DNA from: Schizochytrium sp. TIO01 | Lineage: Eukaryota; Protista; Bigyra: Labyrinthulomycetes | DNA: 64,000 nucleotides | Assembly: GCA_004764695.1 (NCBI GenBank) | Contig: SMSO01000010.1 | Span: forward strand, 61,454-125,453 | Direction of reading: 5' to 3' | Shown: in pieces, positions 57,969-64,000 of the stretch | How positions within the stretch are numbered: position 1 is the first letter of the stretch | Layout: each line of letters opens with the position of its first letter | Position numbers and translations under genes: made by a program | Notes under the pieces: generated by a model | Seen by the model: only the letters and a program-made list of their open reading frames with translations | What the model was told of the DNA's origin: nothing | The model's database searches: none

Positions 57969-60469
57969 CGTGTTCGAGACGGTATAGCAGGCAGCCTGAC
58001 AAGATGAAGCGGACTTCGAGGTTTGACTGTCTTCTGGATGTCTGTCTCCGTGGCGGAGAAGTTATTGATTTGTTCTCCTTTGTTCTGTTCAATTCTCTTT
58101 CTTTTCTAGCATTTCCCTTATTTGTTTAGTACAATCGCACTCCAAAGTGTCCTCACTTAAATTGCTCAATGCCTTCCTTTCCTGGTACGCCTTAGTAGTC
58201 ACTCCGGAAAGAGCTGCTATCCTCGCATGGCCACTTCTGTTCTCACAGGCTCTGTGTCACTCCTGTAGACTATAAATATGAATAGCTGTCATGTTTCAAA
58301 CCCAAAAGCTGCAAAATGGGAGCTTTCAGTAGTAGCAGTGTCGATCTTTTAATTAAAATTATACATAAATTTGTAAAGAAAAGAAAAGAAAAGTGAAAGA
58401 TGTAGTATGCCCAAAAAGGACAGATCCAGGACCTTTACAGTCATTCTAATCTCACAGGTTTCTCACATCCCTGGCCTGCGAAGGTAAATGTCCACGCATA
58501 GCCAAGCCCTTCGTGTCTCACCCTCGACTGGCTCTGCACATCAACCTCCCTCTAATTACACCAGAAACAGCGCTGTGCTAGTCTCGTTCCTAAGATCGAA
58601 AGAAGTTGTGGGCACTACCCCTACCTACCAAGGTACTAGTGGTTTGCTAGAGAGAAAAGACAAGAAATGAGAGGAAGGGACGAAAGATAAATAATATGAT
58701 AATGAGTGGTAGTAATAGTGCCAGCATAAAATTAATTGCATTACGTACATCGATTGCAATCACTCGTTCCATTTCACTTCATAAATTCGATTGCGATACA
58801 ATGCAACAAATCAGAATTCACTGGCGTGACTAGCGATGTTTTATGCGTTGCATGCAGTTCAAGTCTGGCTATTTCTGCGATGATGAAGAAATGTCACTTG
58901 GGCTTGGGAAAAGAAGAGCTTTCAAAGAGTTTGCTGGTGGAGCATTCGCAGAAAGAGCTTTTGTGAGGAGGAACGGTGGAGGAACATTTGTCGCCGCCTG
59001 TTCTTCTGGAGCAGAACCAGAACCAAATCCAAATCAGTCACAGATCTGAGAATCCTTTGCAAACACTTCTCTAGCTCTACTCTAGAGCAATACAACATCA
59101 ATTAAGAACTCCATGGTGCAGTAGGTACCTAAGTGCTATGCCTTAAGGTTTCCAAAGTACTCAAGGCAACCAAGAGAATCGACAAGCTAGGGAATAAACA
59201 AAATGCACGCTAGAAACCTATCGTATAGCACCACGGTGCAGGCTGTGAATACGCGACAGGATTCTCGCTGAGAAAGCAAGGACCCCAAGAGAGATGAGCT
59301 TTTTCACATTTCAATTCTGAATTTGGAGGTAGGGATCGAATCCAAAACGGAGATGGCAACTTGCAACTTGCAAGCCTCCTACGGCATATAGAATCGCAAG
59401 CTACTAACGGGTCTACATTGTCAACGCGGTTGCGAATTAAGATAATAAGGATCAATTTGGCACATGAATCTTCACAAAGGTCTGAGTGATACGGTGGAAG
59501 GCGCTTGATTATAAGACATCCCTTCTGAATAACCCGTTCTGCTTACTAAAGAGAGAACGAGGCGGAAACGCGCGAATGATGGGCCCGTCGGAGTGATTCG
59601 GACTACCTGGGAGTTGACGCAGACGGGCTTTGGTGGCATGCGCAAATATGATCCAATGGTTCATGGCAACTTTTCTATCAAAAATATGAGAAAGAATGAA
59701 CATTGTCACGATTCTCCCTACCTCACCATTTACGCATTTACAGAAAAAAAAAATGAGAAGCACAGCTCTGAGCCAAGAGTGAAAAAACAAAAACCAAGGA
59801 TGATTTGTATTTTAGTCTCTGTAGTAGAATAGTATCGACCAGTGAATGTCGAAGTCAGGGATAATGTTCATAGAGAGTGTAAAGGGTGAAGGAAGAAGAA
59901 CTAAGCCCTGGCAAGGTACACACAAATAACAAAAAGAGAAATCGAAAAAAGAATTGACTCTTTTTCTGATGTGCATGGTTGCTCCTGCACGAAGAACCCG
60001 TTTTTGGAAATTTCTGTGCTCCAATTGTGAATGCAAAATGAAATTACCCTTCTGAAATTTATGTTCGGGTTAGGGCATCAACAAAGCAATATAGAGTGAA
60101 AAGTTTGTAAGACTTTCTTGATTTGTAAACAATAATGATGTTTTCTTTAGGAAAGAACAATTTTAACCGTTACCTCACTACTTTGCACTAATAAGAAAGA
60201 AGAAACTAGTGGCTGTATTATACACAAATTATTGAATTGGATACAAGTAGCGGTGAGGCCCATTTTTGTGAATCGAGCAGCACCCCACTTGTAATTTTCA
60301 TCATCTTGAGAAACCCAAGACGATATCTATAGTAGAGTGAGACGAAAGAGAATTTATTTCTCAAAAAGCTGACAATCCTCTTGCCAGAAAATTCTACCAT
60401 GGTACACCTGTTTTGAAGGATTGTTAACACTAACAAAAGAATTGGCATGCCACGTGAAGAAGGATTGTC

Positions 60470-61243
60470 TCAGTCATATGTTTGGTTTGCAGCCTGAAGT
60501 TCCTCAAGAACTGTAGTTTGAATGTTCTGCGTACGCTGCAGACGTGCAATAAGCTGTGCCTCTTTCTTCTCAAGGCTTAGTATTTTCTTCTCAATCTTCC
60601 TTGCAGCCGCTTCCTCAGCATAGACTTTTCGTTCGTACTCTCTGCGTGCCTGCTCACGCATTGCTTCTTGGCGACGATGCAGTTTGCGCTGTGCTTCCTC
60701 CCGTGATCTTTTGACAGCTTCTGCCCGCCTCAAAGCATCCTCGTGGGCCTTCATTCGCTGCTCCGTAGCAGTTTGCACAGCCTGCTGTTTCAATGCTCGC
60801 ATCTCTTGTGCTTCGCGAATTTTGCGTTCGTGAACCTCCCGAATTTGTTTTCTTCGCGCAGCGCGAGCAAGATCCTTTTCAAGCATTCGCTCCTTCCCCT
60901 CAAGCTCTAGACGTCGGTCCTCCAAAGCTTCTGTTTTCGCGCGGACATTTTTTGTGCGCTGCCGAGCAATCTCTGTTACTCGATGTTGAGCTTGAACAAT
61001 ACGATGTCTTGCTCTTTCCTCTTCCTTTTTGAGCAACAAGATTCGATTCTGTAGAGCTTGTTGGTCCACCTCAGCCTGTTTCCTAGCTTTTCTGGCCAAC
61101 GCTAAGCTATGTGCAGTACCGTGGTCTTCATCATTTTGCCGAAGCACCAAGGCTGTGCTCTGTTGCGCAATTTCTTCATCTTCAAGGTCATCATCCATAT
61201 GTAGCACTTGCTGCGTCAGAAGTCCCTCCCGGGGACTCGCCAT
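60470..61243 (-). CDS. Uncharacterised long coiled-coil protein (257 aa)
   Basis: ATG ORF that is E/K/R/Q/A-rich and helical throughout (LQNRILLLKKEEERARHRI ... LEKKEAQLIARLQRTQ). No catalytic motif seen. Confidence 0.8.
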   Translation of the reverse strand: MASPREGLLTQQVLHMDDDLEDEEIAQQSTALVLRQNDEDHGTAHSLALARKARKQAEVDQQALQNRILLLKKEEERARHRIVQAQHRVTEIARQRTKNVRAKTEALEDRRLELEGKERMLEKDLARAARRKQIREVHERKIREAQEMRALKQQAVQTATEQRMKAHEDALRRAEAVKRSREEAQRKLHRRQEAMREQARREYERKVYAEEAAARKIEKKILSLEKKEAQLIARLQRTQNIQTTVLEELQAANQTYD

Positions 61244-62300
61244 GTTATTTTAGCCCAGACCTCAGTTGGACGCACTGATGAAGACTTCCGCCGACCTCAC
61301 AGGCTGGCTGCCTATTCGCAAATTTGCGTCTTTGCAGAGCCCAAGCCAGAGGGAACTAAGCTATTGCCTCAGCGCTAAGGAGGTTTATACTCTCCCCAAT
61401 AACCGCAAGATTTTCTGCATACGCAGGCCGCGCATCTGATCGTGATCTTCATCATTATTTCCATCTCTGCTAGTTCTCCGCGCCATCCCCATTCCAGTAC
61501 ACACCTGTATAGAGAGACTAGTGCACACCTACCGCGCTGCGGAACCCGCACATATATAAGGCTCGGTGGCGCGCGAGCGAGTGCGTAAAACCGTCGTCGA
61601 TAACACCCACCTCGTTTTGCCGGTATCAAGAGCCCCAGAAGCATAAATTTGCCTATGATTTTACCTTGAAGCAGGGCCTGCGGTTCAAGTTTTCTTCTCT
61701 GCGATCGTTTCGATTTGCCTGTTTGCCCCCTTATCGTGATATTTGTCTATTAGTTCGTTTCTTGGGACACCGACAACGCGAAGTAGTCTAAAGAAGAGCT
61801 TCTCTTTCTCTGACGACTTAAAAAAAACTTTTCTGTGCATGGTTACTTTGTCTTGGTCTGCTGCTAAGCTGATTGGGGCTCTGTGATTGGCAGTAAAGGT
61901 GAAACTCCCTTGTGGCCTAGAGACTCCTCAAACCTTGCTCTGGACGCTTAAGGTATAAACAGCTTGTGGCTTTGGTATCTGTTCTCACGTAAATCCTCTT
62001 CGCGGGAATAACTGCAGTGCAGCAGTTAAGTTGGCAGAACAAGCTCTTGAGTGAGTCGGCCAGCTTACTAGCTAGCTAGCTAGCATCTAACTCGCGGCAA
62101 TCAATTGAGGCGCTGCAGATCTATAGCTAGTACTTGACCTTGGATTGTTGACTTAGTTGCTCAGGCACTGGGACGACAGAAAAAAGTGCTCAATCAAGTT
62201 CATTTGTTTGTTTGCTTCTTGAGCTATATCGTCTTCGTCAGGGCTTTCTTTAGTGATTCGTGGGAAAAAACAACAACTAGAGAATAGAGTGTTGACTGCT
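61244..62300. promoter_or_regulatory. Divergent (probably bidirectional) promoter region
   Basis: Head-to-head coiled-coil genes ~1.06 kb apart; TATATAA at ~61553 and two TGATTGG (reverse CCAAT) at ~61870 and ~61884. Confidence 0.45.
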
Positions 62301-63703
62301 ATGCCACCTCCCGGAAGCTACCATGGCCTGAGTGGCAACAATTCTGATGAGCCCTCGCGAGAGGAGCTTAAGTCGGAGGTCTTTACATTGAAGATGAAAT
62401 GTCACCAGTATGAAGAGCGCATGAAGTTGGTCAATTTACATGGTCTGAATGGCGAAACACTACAACAACGCAACAACGAGCTTGAGGAGCAGCTTGCAGA
62501 CACCACTGCAGAGCTGCGTAACCGCTCTGAAGAGCTCGAAAACTATGTTGCTCTTCTAGGAAAGGCAAGAACTGCCATCGAAAAACTTAATACGCGTAAC
62601 CAGGAGCTCAATGCGGCACTACAGGAAAAAACTGTGAACCTCGAAGCTCTCAAAAACGAGTGCCAGGACCTCGAGCAGAACCTTGCCACTTGCGAACGAG
62701 ACCGCGATACGGCAGTTGATCGTAGTAGAGCTTTTGAGAGGGAAGTTATTCGGCTTGAGCCTATGGAGCCCAAGGCGAGGCTTCTGCCGAAGGTTTGCGA
62801 GGAACGCGACTCGTTGCAACATCGCGTGCAGGATCTTGAGCGGGATCTCACTAACAGCCAGGCCGAGGCTCGCATGGCTAGGGAGCAAGCGGAGAAGGAG
62901 GCGGCACGGTTAGAACTGGCAAATTTAGACTATCAAAATGCTCAAAAGGAGTTTCAACATGAGATTATGCCGCCGCACAGAAGAACTCGAGCAGAAGCAT
63001 AATCATGCTCAGAGTCGCTACGAAGCAAACCTCAAAGAAAGTGAGCTACAGATTAAGTTCTACGAAGAGAAGGTCCAATCCCTAGAGTTTGAGCTGGAGC
63101 CGTTATTCTTCGCGCACCGAGGAGCTCAAGGCGCATGAGCGAGAACTTGTGGATGAGGTAGCGCGTCTCAAGGTTGATTTGCAGAACGCCGAGCGCCGCG
63201 AAACCATGAATATGGATCGATTCCGTCGTGAAATAGATTCCGAACGTCATGAAGCTGCTGATAAAGCTCAACAAGAGCTTCTCGAGGTCCGTGCGGACCT
63301 GAACAATCAACTTATGGATAAGCAACGGCAATACGAGAGCCTCTGTACCGCTATGGCCTCACAAAAAGAAAAACATCGCCGCACCGTTCATGAGTACTCC
63401 AAAAAGATCGATGACTTGACAAGTCAACTCGAAACAATTAAAAAGCGCTGGAAAGACTCAATCTCAAACAAACGAGTTGCCCAGAAGGAAAACATTGTGC
63501 GGAGTGGTAACACCATACCTACTGCCCCTTCTGGAGTTGTCAGCACATCCAAACCATCGAGTTCACGCCCTGCTTCTACAAAGAAGACTAAATCCACGAC
63601 CCTCAAGTCCCACACTGTTTCATCTGCTAACGGGACGACATCTGCGCCTAGCCTTGTTCGGAAAACAAAGACTCTTGTTGTTGCGCCGAAGCCATTTCGA
63701 TAA
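62301..63703 (+). CDS. Coiled-coil protein with basic Ser/Thr-rich tail (~466 aa if repaired), interrupted by two +1 frameshifts (~62970, ~63100); real gene with sequence errors, pseudogene, or recoded
   Basis: Three overlapping ORFs (62253-63002, 62938-63138, 63089-63703) in successive frames continue one heptad pattern. Removing one C at each site gives ...QHEIMRRTEELEQKH... and ...EFELERYSSRTEELKAHE.... First ATG is at 62301. Confidence 0.75.
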
Positions 63704-64000
63704 GTTTGGCCTAGGCTCGGCGATGTTTCCTTCCCGTCTACCAGTTTATTTGTGTGCTCGCCTGTATGTTGCCAATCATTGTATCATAGTCCCCCATAAT
63801 TTTCATTGTAACCAAATGAATCAGAAGGAAAGCAAAAGTCACGCAACTCATGAATTTAAACTTATAAACGTAAAAACGAACGAAGGAAAAACTTAAGAAA
63901 TACTACAAAACAGATTCAAACCTCATTGAGTAAAGAACAAATCCTCTTTCCCTTGTGCAAGTCCCCTTTATTTCCGATTTACAATGGACAAATTAGTATT

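Noticed and set aside
58736-59832. Short ORF fragments between CysRS and the coiled-coil gene as a pseudogene
   Set aside because: No consistent frame or recognisable homology.

Overview
Eukaryotic, intron-poor nuclear DNA. Codon usage, PTxxPT-repeat secreted proteins and dense tetranucleotide microsatellites suggest a stramenopile, most likely a thraustochytrid (inference). The window has two compartments. (1) Positions 1-46.7 kb hold only two recognisable genes, both on +. They are paralogous secreted proteins (signal peptide + VWA domain + long Ser/Thr/Pro/Lys/Gly mucin-like stalk + C-terminal RRxLRG tail), each preceded by a very long SSR-rich non-coding tract (>=9 kb and ~29 kb). (2) Positions 48-64 kb are compact and SSR-poor. 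They carry a NEK8/9-like kinase whose 7-repeat RCC1 propeller is split by a ~770-aa insert containing a CAP-Gly domain, then DUS2, cytosolic CysRS, and two divergent coiled-coil genes, one broken by two +1 frameshifts. No rRNA, tRNA, CRISPR or intact transposon could be supported. The strongest novelty candidates are the VWA-mucin pair (shared RxLR-like tail, shared 5' motifs, giant upstream deserts), the split-propeller NEK/CAP-Gly kinase, and the doubly frameshifted gene.
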